DNA of 64,000 bases from the human T2T-CHM13v2.0 reference genome, Homo sapiens (GCF_009914755.1 NC_060927.1); one strand, 5' to 3'; positions 12,911 to 28,246 are shown, counted from the stretch's first letter. Notes: generated by a model not told the origin, from the letters alone. Program-made: numbers and translations.

Positions 12911-13316
12911 GTTAAGCTCCACTGAAACATAAAGCATGTTTATTGTGTTGTAAGTTTACAAATATAACTTTACTGATTGACTTGAATAGAGGCACAAACA
13001 GCATCCCTTCAACAACATTTTCAGAATAAAACAATGATATTTCTAGACAATAGTGTCTCAAATAAAAAACCAAAGTTTTATTCAAATAACTTGCAATTAT
13101 GATAGACATTTTTCAATTTTATTTAGTAGCCAGGAATTTGAATGTTAATTACTTTATCGTGAACTTATTTCTTCCATGAAGAAGCTAATTGAAAAATTAC
13201 CAAATTCTGTATTTTTGTAAACATAACAAAAAGATACATTGAGTAAATATTTTAAATCTACTCAAGTTACTTGAAGATTTTTCTTTATGAGAGGTTACAA
13301 AAATTAAACAAATTCA

Positions 13317-13706
<390 letters not shown>

Positions 13707-14029
13707 CTAGGAAGATAAATTTAAGCTACTGGTTATTTTTAAAATAATTAGTCACAATATTTTTCTAAGGAAATAAAGCTCTTTTGAAACAACTAATATT
13801 CTGATTTACTCTAATTTGCCTTGCCCATGTCATCAAAACACTTTTGTTATAGAAGGACTACAAAAGGCTCTCATAACTAATAGTCTTATTAGAAATGTTT
13901 TAATGCATAGAAGTAGTCATTTAAAGGAAAATGAAGACTTTTATGCCAAAAGAATGTTGAATTGATATAAATGGAAAAAGTAGAACAAGGTTTCCCTGTA
14001 TTTACATTTGGATAAAATCAAAGAAGAAT

Positions 14030-14140
14030 ATAAGTTCCATGAGGGCATGCATTCTATCTACTTAGTTTACTACTGAATCTCAGAGCCCAGAAAAATATTT
14101 GAAATATGCAAGGTGCTTTACACAAATACTTGTTCATAAG
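14030..14140 (+). mobile_element. L2 3' end
   Basis: taagttccatgagggca...gtttactactgaatctcagagcccagaa...aaatacttgtt. Confidence 0.65.
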
Positions 14141-14740
14141 ATCCAGGATTGACAGTGCCCTGGTGCCTGACGGTGGCAAACAAATATCCTTTCTGGAAAA
14201 AGATAACATTGTCCAAGTTTTCAAATTATTTCTACAAACCCTATTTCAATATTTCCTACACATAATAAAATACATCCAGGCAGATAAATAAATTGCAACA
14301 CAAGCGACAGGAGACACAGAAGCACAGGTACTACAGATAACTGGAAATAAAAAAATAACAGATAAATTTGCAAATTTGTAATGAACTCTCAACTCAGAAT
14401 TATATAGTCAATTAAAATATTGTTCAATAACCAGGTTAAATAAATAAAATGTAATATAGCAGGTCTAAAAAATAACCAAATAAAATCCTATAATAGATAA
14501 AATAATCTAAACCATTTAATAGATGTTATAGTGGAAAAACTAGATTTACTGAAACAGTATTTGGTTAAAACAAGTAATATGCTGAGAGATATGTTAGAAG
14601 AAACTATCCAGAATTAAGACAGTCAAAAGGACACAATATAGAAATCTGAGTAGAAAACAATAAGAGAGGATGAGAAGGTCTAATAGAAGAGTCATGAATG
14701 GAAAGAATAAGAAGAATTAGGCAAAGCAATATTCAATAAA

Positions 14741-15105
14741 TGTTATGATCTGAATGTGTCCCTCCAAAATTCATGTTACAACCTAAGACCCAATGTGGTA
14801 ATATTAAGAGGTGGGGTCCTTTGGAAAGTGATTAAGTCATGGTGGCTCTGCTCTCGTAAACGGTATTAGTGCCCTGGTCAAAGGGCTTGAGGATACAGCG
14901 TCTGTCCCTTCCACCATGTGAGGATGGGATGCTGGGGTAAGTCACCATCTATGGAGTAGAGAGTGAGATCTTACCAGATAATGAATCTGCTGGCACTTAG
15001 TTCTCGGTCTTCCCAGTCTCCAGAACTGTGAGAAATAAATTTCTATTATTTATAAATTACCTGGTCTAGGGTATTTTGTTACAGCAGCATGGACAGACTA
15101 AGACA
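14741..15105 (+). mobile_element. MaLR solo LTR (MSTD/MLT1A-like)
   Basis: TG...CA termini; tgaatgtgtccctccaaaattcatg, ccagaactgtgagaaataaatttct, gactaagaca end. Confidence 0.9.
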
Positions 15106-15356
15106 ATGAGGTTGATCCTTGCCCAAAAGAAGTAGAATGCATAAATCCACAGGATCAATAGGCCTAACAAATATGGAGCAGTATAAATGGAAGTTAGCAC
15201 CTAGTCATATTGTAGCAAAATGTCAGAAAAACAAATAGAAACGTAAAATTATAAATGCACTAAGAAAAAAAAAAGAAAATAACAGGATGCCTTCAAAGGA
15301 GCCCCAATTAGAATGGCAATAAACTTCTTTAAAATAATAATAAAAAACAGAAAACA

Positions 15357-15707
<351 letters not shown>

Positions 15708-15859
15708 TCAATGAAAATATTATTCAGTAATATTGTTTAATAATTTTATTATTTAATAATAATAATTGTTTAATAATCAACGTGAAATAAAGACATCTTT
15801 CAAAATCAAAAATTGAGAGAATTTACCAGCAAAACCCCCTGAGTCAGGTTACATTTTCC

Positions 15860-16950
15860 AATTATTGTTTTTTAAAAGTGTGACTGGCACTGCACCTGCT
15901 CAGAAATAGGATCTATGTTGTCTCCCCTGGAATCTGAATGGGCTCTGTGACTCCTCTTATAAATAAGTATGGAAGAGGTAATACTTTGAGACTTCTACAA
16001 TAAGGTCACAAAGATTATTCTCTTCTCTCTGTCTCTGTCTCTCTTTCTTGCTTTCTTGAATTTTGCCTTTGGAACTCATGCATGCTGTGAGGAACTCCAA
16101 CCCAGGCCACATGTGGGAGAGCACACAGAGAAAATAACAGGAAAAGAAACTGAAGTTCCCCATCAATAGATAGCATCAATTCCAGACAAGTAAGAAAACA
16201 AGACTTCAAAGATTCCAGTCCACAGCCTTTTAACTCTTCCAACCAAGGCTCCAAACCTGTGGAGTAAAGATTAATTATCCCCCTATACCCTATCTACATT
16301 TCCAACACACATAAACTATGAGAGACAATATAAACAACTTAGTGTTGAGACTTGTAATGTAATCACAGTACCTGAAACTAATTTTGGTACCAAGAGTGGG
16401 GTCCTATGTAACAAAGACTTTAAAAAGCCACAATGACAATGAATGGGACAGATGGAAGTTGAAAGGGCTTTGAACAGGCTGAGAGTGGAAGCCTGATGGA
16501 GACGATCAGTGAGAGATTATTTAAAAAAATAATAAAGGAGGAAAATTTGACACTTGAAGAAAGGGAATCCTTGTTAACATACTGGCAAAAAGTTTACTGA
16601 CACTACACTCACAGTAAAGTAGTAAGTAGAAAATGTACTTAGTGAAATGGATAATTTATTTAAGGAGATTTCTGGGTAGAGTGTAGAAATGCTTCCTGGC
16701 TTCTTTTTGCTGCTTATAATAAAATGCTAGACAAGAGAAATAAACAGGAAGGCCTGTTAAGTAGAGAGGATCCAAGACTTGCATTCAAAAATAAAACCGT
16801 CTCTCTTTCCAACATCCAAGATTCTCAAAAAAGAAAGTATTTCAGAGCAAAGCAATATTCTTTATAAAGACTGCAAGTATATGAAATGGTGCCTATGAGA
16901 ATTGTAGAGTGAAACATAAGTTCCTTTATGGATCTTAAAGACATGCTATA
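15860..16950 (+). mobile_element. MLT1G/H-like LTR (~15860-16378) followed by MaLR internal sequence
   Basis: cccctggaatctg..ggctctgtgact, catgctgtgaggaa; MaLR-int start attttggtaccaagagtgggg at ~16380. Confidence 0.7.
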
Positions 16951-17195
16951 TTTTTTAGAATTTCATTTAAAAAATAAATCTCAAATTCAAAGTTAATAAA
17001 ACATAAGGGTTGACTTTTACTGTTAGAATAATATTTTTCCAATGCCCCCAAATTGGATTGACCAATAATTTTCTATTCATGCAATATAGCATTTAGCTTC
17101 TTGCAATATGCTGGGGTCTTCATTGACCACTTAATAACCAGGAAGCCAAATTAATAATCTACCGCATAAAATGAATATAATTTCTCAAATCAAGA

Positions 17196-18318
<1,123 letters not shown>

Positions 18319-19861
18319 AGTCTAGAGTACTTTAATAAGCTCACTTAGATTTTTTGTGGATCCAAGAGTGACATCCAGTAGGATATAAATGAATTAGATT
18401 TTCCCTTTCCCAAAGGCAACCTGAAAGTTATATTAGAGACCCTATAAAGTGAAGAATTGGACCCTGCCTACCTACAGTGGTTTAATTTAATCAGAATCAC
18501 AAGCCCAAGCTAGTTGGTTATTTATTTCTGCTGCCTAAGCTCTAGATAATATAAATGAAATTTTATATGGTGCCAGTGCTCCTCTGATCAACATAGCTTT
18601 GAGTAGCAATCTGTTTGGTGTGAGAAAATTAGTAAAATTTTGATAAATATCAGGGCTCTGCAAGTTGAATCTGATGGTATCAAGCAAGTCTAATAATAGG
18701 ATGGGGTATTATCATTCATAGGTTTTCAAGACTTTCATAAGCTCATTTGTATTTCCACAGTTCCAAATTTCCTGGAGAATAAACACAAGAGTTACAACTT
18801 GATGACAGATCCCTATGCATTCCAAATGGCCACAAACAAGTACTCTATTCATGGAAATTTTGCTAACCCTGGATATTTACACTGGTTTTAAACCAAGTTC
18901 AGTGTTCCAAATAACAAGTGCTCCAGAATTATGAGAGTCAAACATTCTGTTTAAAAAATTTGTTTAGCTAGTATTTGGGCATAAAAGTACTTTTTTTGCT
19001 AAGAGATATAGAATGTATTTGTACTGATAGCTCACTATTTATGAAATGTATCATTTATATCTGCTATCTGCTATTTAGGCCCATCTATATGTATATGATT
19101 ATTTGCAATCTGCAAATAGTTATAATTAAATGTAGCCAAGCAAAAGCATGATACCTGCAAATTTCTCTCCAAACTGAGTATAATTGCTGCTGATCAACTA
19201 GTTATCAAATGTCTTTTTTCTGCTTGCTTTATATCAGTAATTTTAATATGAACGTATTGATATTTAAAGCATCATCAGAGTAGTATGTTTCTTTCTGTTA
19301 AACTTTGCTATGTGTTTTAGTGTTTGGATAGAATCAGTGAGTGAAATTTTGCAGGCGTGTGTTTAACATGAGAGGAGGCAAGATAAAGTATACTGCTTTG
19401 ACCAGGTCTGCAAGTAATGTATTAATAGTATTTACATTCCTGACCTCAAAAATCAGTTCATGTAAATTTCTATCTTGTTCAACATATTGGCAAAGGCAAG
19501 ACTGCCAGAAAGACAATTTAAAATGCCAATGTGGTACAAAGTAAGAGGGATGTCCAGGAGAGTTTGGAGTGAGTGAGGCTTTCAAATCTGGGCCCGTGGC
19601 GGAAAATGGGGGAAAAAAGTGCATGTTCTCTGGCTTTGTTACCAAAGTAGGAGGGTAGCATTCAGATGTTGCTCTGTCCAATAGCAGGGTACAGTGGTAA
19701 ACGCTCTGAGCTTAAGATTTAGAGGACTCAGAGAGAGAGGTTAAGAGGCTGGCCCAAGGTAACTAACATAAAAGAAGCAGGATTTGCAGTTTATTCTGAT
19801 GTTTTGTTTTGTTTTTTACTCTATAAAAACAACCACTATTATAGGTAATCTTGTGTATCAG

Positions 19862-19863
<2 letters not shown>

Positions 19864-19918
<55 letters not shown>
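19864..19918. repeat. Pure (AT)~27 microsatellite
   Basis: Uninterrupted TA run. Confidence 0.97.
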
Positions 19919-19924
<6 letters not shown>

Positions 19925-19974
19925 TCTCCATAGATAGCTCTTCTATGGTCTTGAATTCACTTGAATGTGCATGA

Positions 19975-20465
19975 CATCATCCATAAAACTTAGTGGTTTA
20001 AACTAATAAGCATTTGTGATTGCTTTGACATCTATGTGTCAGCTGAGTGGTTCTGCTGATCTGAGCCAGGCTTGGCCCATCTTGGCTGGGCTTCCTCATG
20101 CATCTGTGCTCAGCTGGCAGGTGAACAGGGCAGTGGGTGTCCCTTTATGGACCTCACCCATGTCTGGCACTTGGCTGGCAGTCACCTGGCACAACAGTAC
20201 ACAATAGGCCCTGTGTCTTTCATTGTCCAGCAGAGTATACTGAGCTCGTTTTTATGTTTATGGCAAGTATTGAGAGTGAGAGGCAATGTGCAGGCCCTTG
20301 GAACTGGCATCTTTCACGTCCATCACAATCTTTTAGACAAAGCAATTCATGCAACCAATCCCGATTCAGGGGGTAGAAAAAACATACTCTCATCATGATG
20401 GGAAGAGCTATAAAGTCACATTGCAAATGGCTTGAATACAAAAAGGACATATTTTTAATTATTCT
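19975..20465 (-). mobile_element. MLT1F-like MaLR LTR
   Basis: aaaacttagtggtttaaac, cagctgagtggttctgctgatct, gggaagagctataaagtcacattgcaaa. Confidence 0.8.
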
Positions 20466-21354
20466 ATCAAAGCTTGAATAAGAATGCTTTAGAAATCTCA
20501 GATAAAATATTTCAAAAGAGGTCACAGTTTAGCTGAAAGTAAGAGTTAAACAAATGTTATAAATGCAACAATTAAAAAAGGTGAATGTTTTGGCTCATGT
20601 GGAGATAAAGGAGTAGAGTACTAATAGTGTAAATAATTGAAGTTTCATGAAAGCAATTTTATGTAGAAGTACTTACTTTAATTTATATGAAGTGTTAATG
20701 GTTGAAAAAGTGAGATGAAGAAATTACACTTATTTAGTGAACTGATTAATTCTAAAATATTATTGTAACATAGTTTATCTTCTGCTTGCAAAATTTCTAT
20801 ATTTGGCTACTGAGCCTAAAGTATTCCAATGTAGATTCATGTGAAAGGTTCTACATATCAGACAAACCCAATTAAGAATGTGATAGGGATATAGCATCAC
20901 AGAGCAGTTTATTACAAGGTTTTTTAAAAGAAAGTAATTGTTAATGTAACTATTTGTTTTATTTTTCTTCTAATATCCAAGTACATAAGAAAATAACAAA
21001 AAAGACTGATTGCATCAATACAAAAATAAAAACAGATGGTCATGAACTTTTACTTACAATTATTCAATAACCTTAGAAAAATATAAAGATCATTCTCCTG
21101 CTTTGAAAGAATATGAAAGGTCATCTGGTTGATCTTTCTGACTTTAGATGGAATATTCTTCTCTTAACACACAGTTCTATATTTAGCAACAACATTTTTA
21201 GACCAGTGTACACAAAACAACAAGAGATTAGTCATTTCAAAAAATGAGGTTAAAAAAACCTTGATTTTATACTGCAATTAGTATGTCCCTGCCCCCACCT
21301 TGAACTTATTCTGTACCTCCATTCTGCATCTCCATTCTTTCGAGTGCATTGTAG

Positions 21355-21480
21355 CCTCTGATTATGTTACCCAGGGACAAGACACTTAACCTCACTGGAA
21401 TCGTTTTCTACTTTGATGAGCAGGAGACTTATATACTGTTAAAGTTGGATGCTGTATTACATGTGATTACACTAAAAACC
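21355..21480 (+). mobile_element. MIR remnant
   Basis: gggacaagacacttaacctcactggaatc core. Confidence 0.45.
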
Positions 21481-22589
21481 AGAACACTGTAAATGTTAAG
21501 TGTGGATTTTGCAGACACATTGGTCTTTAAATCCTTTTTCTGTACTTTCTAGTTAAATCTCATTGGTCAATATTTGAGCTTTATTAGACTTGATGTCTAC
21601 ATATGAGGCAAGCAGATAATCACATTAACTCCCTTAGTTCCCATGACAAGTAACTAAGAAAATGCATTAAATGAGTCCCTTGCACATTTCCAATGTGTGG
21701 CAAGTGCTTCCATGGTAGTCATAAAATGAATAAAAAAATGGTTAGACACATCAGTTTTTCCTAACTTATTTGATATAGATGATAAGCTAACGATTATTAA
21801 CAAAAGAAGATAAAAGACTGCGGTACCAAGCTCTGAGCTGAATAGAGCATCGGTCACTGGATTACTCCAATCACCTTCAGGTTGCGTAAGCTTAGGACCA
21901 CAACAGATGCACATTGGACTCGATATTATTCAATCACCACAAACAGAAACACCCACAATCTCTTTGGAAGAAAATTTTTGATTAATTCATTTAGTGTTTT
22001 ATTTAATATTATAATTACTTAATTGTTAATGACTTTCCTGCTCTACCTAAAAAGTTTCCATTTAAAGGTTTTCTTTCTCATTTATTAAGAATATTCTAAA
22101 ATCTCTTTTTTTTCTTATCTCTCAATTTTCTCCAAACAACAAAATTGTCCAGTATATCCATTTTTCCATAGCTATCTTTAGCTATTTTAACTCTGAACAC
22201 ATCAGTTGAACTGTGGAATAATTTACATTTGTTCAACAATAAACAAACATATAGAAAGCTGATAGATCAATGTTTCCCTAGGCTTACAGTGCAATTATTT
22301 AATCTCTACATGGTATAAAGTCACCCATATTTATTTTTCTCCTGTTCATATATTTTTATGTCCAGGACAGTAATTTCCTTACAGGAGAGTTCCTAATGTT
22401 TTTGTTTGTTTGCTTTTATCAAAGCAAAAATAAAACATGGAGCCCTAAATTGTTTTCAGGAGTCAACAGGCTTTGTTGGGGCGAGTATGTATGCATACCA
22501 GAGGAAGTAATGAAATCATTTACTCTATTCACTTTCCTCACAAGAAACCTGCCAAGAAAACGCGAGTAAAGACACAGATCGATTTTTAA

Positions 22590-22757
22590 ACCTGGAAAGG
22601 ACCTAAGAACTTCTCTAGGTCAATCTTTTTATTACATCATTGAAGAAACTGAGGCATAGAGTAAGCCACTGTGCAAGGACGCAAAACTATGGAAAAATCT
22701 GGATAGGAATATAGGCTTTTCTTCTTCCTAATTCAGCATGCTGTTCTCTACATCATG
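22590..22757 (-). mobile_element. MIR/MIR3 remnant
   Basis: ctggaaaggaccta...gaagaaactgaggcatagag. Confidence 0.65.
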
Positions 22758-22779
22758 GTAAGAGGACGGAAGGGAGATC

Positions 22780-23115
22780 TATAGAAAACTTTGGTCCCTA
22801 TGTGGTTCTGCAACCAAGCATCTGGTGATAGACCTGGGGCTGCTATGGGCAAAAGCCATCCGTGGAAAAAATGATAGACACAGAGTGGATGAGAGTGAGA
22901 ATACCTGGAGCTTGCCAGGCACCTCTGTAGTTGCTCAAGGACTCCATCTGACTATGACAACCTACAGAATGTAATGGATGTACCACTTCACTCACTCTTT
23001 CCAAATCGCATGAAAGTTCATCTTTTGACCAAATCTAACCTGTCACCGTAGAGTGAATAGGATTCTGGGAAATAGAGTAAAGTTTAGCTATTCTCTCCCA
23101 GTAAAACCACCCCAG
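22780..23115 (-). mobile_element. Old ERVL-class LTR (LTR41/LTR79-like)
   Basis: ccaaatcgcatgaaagttcatcttttgaccaaatctaacc...gattctgggaaat motif. Confidence 0.5.
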
Positions 23116-23373
23116 CTGGTAACCTCTGATCCATTCTAAATGTAAAATTCTTCAGGCATCACTCTGCTAAATTTATTATTTTAGAACAGCAAAGTTCTAA
23201 GGTGAATAGAGTGAAATACAACTTTTTGAAACCTTTTTAAATTTCTACATTGTAATATTATTGTGAGCCTTGATGAACCTCAGTTTCTTTCTTCAATATC
23301 TGTCATCAACCAAACCTTTAAAAAAACATGTAATACTCCTTCCTGTCAAAATGTTCATAAAACAGCTATTTGG

Positions 23374-23518
23374 ATCTCTCTTTCTCTCTCTCTCTGTCTC
23401 TCTCTCTCCTTGTGTGTCTCTCTCTCTTTCTCTCTTGTTCCATCTCTCCCTCTCTTCATCTCTTTCCATTACTCTCTCCATAGCTAGCTAGCTAGTTAGC
23501 TAGTTAGGATAGATAGAT

Positions 23519-23562
<44 letters not shown>
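23374..23562. repeat. Compound STR: (TC)n, (TAGC)n, then GATA2-GAT-(GATA)11
   Basis: Visible; perfect GATA run 23519-23562. Confidence 0.95.
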
Positions 23563-23564
<2 letters not shown>

Positions 23565-25794
23565 TGAGAGAAAGATAGATGGAGAAATAGTTTTAAACAG
23601 CTTCATTACATAAAAGAATATTAAAGTTCTGAAACTAGATTTTTTTTTTTTTTTGTAAATTTCAAAAGAATGTAGACTTCTCTTTTTCTTTAGTCAAATT
23701 TTTGGTGCTTTCCTGGAAGCTAAAACAGCACTGGTGCTGAAAGGGTGGCCATTGCGATCATACTGTCTTCCCCATACATTTTCTCAAGTGTGTTGAACCT
23801 TCCCACAGATGAAATGAACTCTTAAAGGGCAAGCACTGTTTGTAGTGCTACCAAGAGGAAAGGTTCCTTCTATAAAACAGTACCATTTATCAGACCCACT
23901 CAACACTAAGATAAAGGATAGGGATATGGAAGCAATTGTCCTGGTCATCTGAGGAAATAACCAATGGATACTTTAGGCTAAAGCATGTTTGGCCTGAACT
24001 ACCCAATAATGACCTCCTAGCTCCATGTGGATATGTTTGAATGTCCACTTAAGTTTATGTCTCTCTTCACTTTTTCCTCTGTTTGTCCAAATACAATATC
24101 AAGATCATCCCCAGGTGATTTTTTTATTATACTCTGCTTGGGTCTTTCAGGGAGTACACTCCTAGGTAGAACCAAGTTGCCTCTGTCCGGGCAACGGAAG
24201 CCTCTGCTTCCAATTATTTCTGCCCTGCAGGCACTTCTTATAAAGGAGCTTTCTTTGCCAAGTTCTAGTTATTATTTCCTGAGGCCTTTTTTTCCCTTTC
24301 CAAGATACCTCTTGAGAGCAAACTTCTGATAGAACTGCAACTTTGTGACACTAGATAGTACAAGAATCATTATTTTGGCTTTTTCACTTTCTGACTTTTT
24401 ACACACTTATAATTACATGCTTTGCAGTCTTTCCATTCAGATAAAAGCAGTATTCTTTAAGACTTTTTTTTCCTTTCCTTTATTTCTGTGGTTATGATTG
24501 GAAAGAGAGGCTTCCAGGAACCTCCTTGAAAGTACCAACATATTTCATTCATTTTTAAAGTTCTCTTTAATTTAATTTTTTTCTTTCAACTAGTTATAAT
24601 CTGAATATTATTATAACCATAATATGGTGGCAAAACTGTCACCCTCTTTGCACGTTCACAGCTGCACTTAAAGAGACACTTATGATACCATGGATAGAAT
24701 CACACGTTGTTCTTACTCGTGTGTCTAAACAAAGTTAGAAATATTGCTGAAAATCGTCAAAGGGACGTAGGTTCTGGATATGCCAACATTTTGCATGATT
24801 CTGAAAATACTTTATAGTTGTGTCTTTCAGGCGAATCAATCAGAACTTTAGTCGTAATCACAACATAATCAGCGAATCCAGTATTTCCCTTTGGGTCATA
24901 TAGAAGGAACATGTATCTGATCAGTATACCAATAAAAATCGGATTAGTTCTGAGATTCTCCTTATGATTGAGAATCTACTTCATCTCAAAACTGCTTTAC
25001 AGGTCTGACCTGCTACAGTTCAGGTTAATAGCACACATGTGTGACTTAAAATTACTTAATTGAAGCTACAGATGTGTTTAATTTAGATTCCATAGTAACG
25101 TGTGTGTGCATGTGTTGGCATGCACACATTTGTGCAATCAAAAAGACCATCTAATTACAAAATAAAGTAAAAATTGAGGATTTTAATTATGCATAAATAT
25201 ATTACAGATAGTTGTACGGCTTCAAGTCAATTGAAAAGACCATTGGGACGTTAATAATTAAAGTGTGGATTTAGAAGCTTTATTCACTGCTTATGCTACT
25301 TAAATATAATTTTCTTTTAACTTTAAATAAAGGGAAAATTGATTCTGATTAAACAACAAAATGGAACCATTGATGTTAACTAATGCCATCTATTGCAAGC
25401 CAGATTTTTCTAGCGTAATCTTTTTTTTTGGAAGACAATATGAGATGGAGATCACAGGGAAAACTTGACGAAGCTTGCAAGATAATATTCCAATTAGAAA
25501 TACAGAAACATCTTGTTTGAAAAAACATTAGCACACAGAAGCCTTCATATTCTTCAAACACACTTATATACCTTTACTCAATTCAGAAAAATAAAACTGT
25601 AAGCTTGAGCAATATGTATAGACATCACCCTTGTGTTACATTTTTAACCTTGCAAATTCTATTTGCGTTGGAATTCAGTTTTCCATTTGTAAATTGGAAT
25701 CACTGAGTCAGTTAGCTTACTTGCTATAGATATCCAAGGATACCAAGCTACAATATACATCTGAAGACTTACTAAAACACAAGCAACCTTAGTG

Positions 25795-26000
25795 AGCAGG
25801 ATATCAGTGGGATATAATATAGTGGGTTTTGGAACCACATTCACCAGCATTCAGAGCCTGTCTCTGTTATGATTTAGCTAAGTCACCAATTCTGAGTCTC
25901 AGTGCCCATGTCTATAAAATAAAGATAACCATATTTAAGGTTTTGTAACAATTCAGCGAGGTCACCTAGGTTACAGACTTTTTACTGAAACTGGCATATA
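25795..26000 (+). mobile_element. MIR
   Basis: aagtcaccaattctgagtctcagtgcccatgtctataaaat core. Confidence 0.6.
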
Positions 26001-27509
26001 GAAGTTAATGTTATGGTTCATACTATCATATATTTCAACCTTCTGTTACCAATGAGGTAATATGTGACTTATCTCGAACCACGCTATTCTAGCATGTTTG
26101 TGAAAGAAAACGGGTTTTCTTATTCTCTTTTCCTGCAGTGACTAAAAGAAAAAAGTATTGTAATTTTTGAGAAACATCTCTGTGAAAAATATGTGATCTA
26201 GAAGATGTCTCTGGGTACATGGATCAATGAGCCATGAAAAAAATGGGAAAATAAAATTGTCAATTTTTTGATAATTCAATCTGTTTGGGTAGGACCTTTC
26301 CTGCTAATAGCTTCCCAGTGGGTAATTCTTTATCGGCTTTTTGTCTTATAGTTAAAATGGCACAAGTGGTCCCAGTGGCTGTTGGCAGAATAATCTGACA
26401 TTTTATGTTATTGGTTTCAAATTCCCACCAAAAACACCTCCCCATGACCAGAAGATTTAGTATAGTCCATAGACAGCCAATTTCCAAATTTTTGGCTCAA
26501 CCTAGAAGGGTTTTGTCCCATTAAAAAATATCCCCCATCTATTCCTTGATTGATAGGATTCAACTGCTCCACTTATTTTGCCATTTGACCAGACTTAAAT
26601 CTAATAGATACGGATCATAACTAACAGCCAGCCTGCCAACAAATGATTCAAGAATGCTGTATGGAGAATTTTTTTCTTTAGTAAAATCAAAATCAACTAA
26701 GCCACCTGCTGAATGATATTGCTGGAAGCATTATAAACACCATGACCAAGAAATTCAACTGCAACCTCTTCTATGACAATCACTAACAATGTTCCTCATA
26801 GCTTGAAGCTGAACTGAACAGAAGCAGAATGTATAAAACAGGCATGTTTTAGTCATTGATACCTAGATGGGAGGATCTCACTTTCTTGTTCTATAAATAC
26901 AGCAATGCTACTTGGCTGTAGGTAAATAATAAAGTAAACAAAATTATGTTCTTCATACCCAGAGCCTTGAGTTCAAGTGCTGGCTATGCTCCTCATTAGC
27001 CAGTTGTGGGATCTTAAGTATGGGACCACAGTATGTTGGGATTGCAAAATGAGAAAAGTCAGAATAAATTACTTTTAAGTTTCTTTTATTCTAAGTTTTA
27101 AAGATTGTCCTTTTCTACCCCCAGTGCAGGAACACAGAAGTCTCAAATTTCCACTTACAACATTATAATAAACTTACTTATTCCTTTATTTTCTTTGTTT
27201 AATTTGGTTATTCAAAAAACTTGCATTGGATATCTGTTATATGTCAGGCACAGGGCAAAATTCTGAGGATGAAACAACAGTCCACATTATTAGGAAACAA
27301 ATCATAGCAATGAGTCAAGCTGTGATCCTCTGTGATATTTCTTGCTTCATTCAGGTCACTGCTTTCACTTATCTAAAGTGGCAATTATTTGGCTACGCAA
27401 TTCATGCTATTGCAGGTTGCAGGTTGCCCTTGGTTCCTTATGAAATACAATTCTTGACAGTAGTTATGGCGAGGAGTTGGCTCTTTTTATTATTTCAAAA
27501 ACATTTACC

Positions 27510-27806
27510 TTTTTTTTTTTTTTTTTTGAGACAGAGTCTCTCTTTTACCCAGGCCGGAGTGCAGTGGCGTGATCTCAGCTACTGCAACCTCAACCTCCCC
27601 AGTTCAAGCCATTCTCTTACCTCAGCCTCATGAGTAGCTGAGACTACAGGCAAAACCCACCACGCCTGGCTAATTTTTGTGATTTTTGTAGAGACAGGGT
27701 TTCGCCATTTGGCCAGGCTTGTCTGGAGCTCCTGACATCAAGTAATCCACCTGCCTTTGCCTCCCAAAGTGCTGAGATTACAGGTGTGAACCACTGCGCC
27801 TGTCCA
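27510..27806 (-). mobile_element. Alu (AluJb/old AluS-like)
   Basis: Poly(T) then antisense Alu ending ccactgcgcctgtcc. Confidence 0.95.
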
Positions 27807-27923
27807 GGTTTTACTTTTATTAAAGAAGCACAAACTGAATCAAAAAAGTAAAGTTTAAGGTGAAATTAAATTAATTCTCTGATGTTTCAATTATATTATA
27901 GGCTGATAAAAATTTCAGAATGT

Positions 27924-28201
27924 GGCCAGGTGCGGTGACTTACACCTGTAATCCCAGCACTTTGGGAGTCCAAGGTGGGCAGATCACGAGGTCAGGAGTT
28001 TGAGACCAGCCTGACCAACATGGAGAAGCCCCATCTCTACTAAAAATACAAAAATTAGCCAGGTATGGTGGTGCACACCTGTAATCCCAGCTACTCAAGA
28101 GGATGAGGGAGAATCGCTTGAACCCAGGAGGTGGAGGTTGCGGTGAACCGAGATCGCACCACTGCACTCCAGCCTGGACGACAGAGGGAGATGCTATCAA
28201 A

Positions 28202-28244
<43 letters not shown>

Positions 28245-28246
28245 AA
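27924..28246 (+). mobile_element. Alu (AluSp/Sg-like) with (TAAA)n tail
   Basis: accagcctgaccaacatggagaa; TSD-like AAAAT(T)TCAGAATGT ending at 27923 and 28262. Confidence 0.96.

Noticed and set aside
19341-19560. Exon-like segment with acceptor ttttgcag and donor-like gtaaga
   Set aside because: Peptide not recognisable; such splice-like words occur often by chance
25103-25128. 10-bp inverted repeat TGTGTGCATG/CATGCACACA
   Set aside because: Low-complexity alternating purine-pyrimidine sequence, expected by chance
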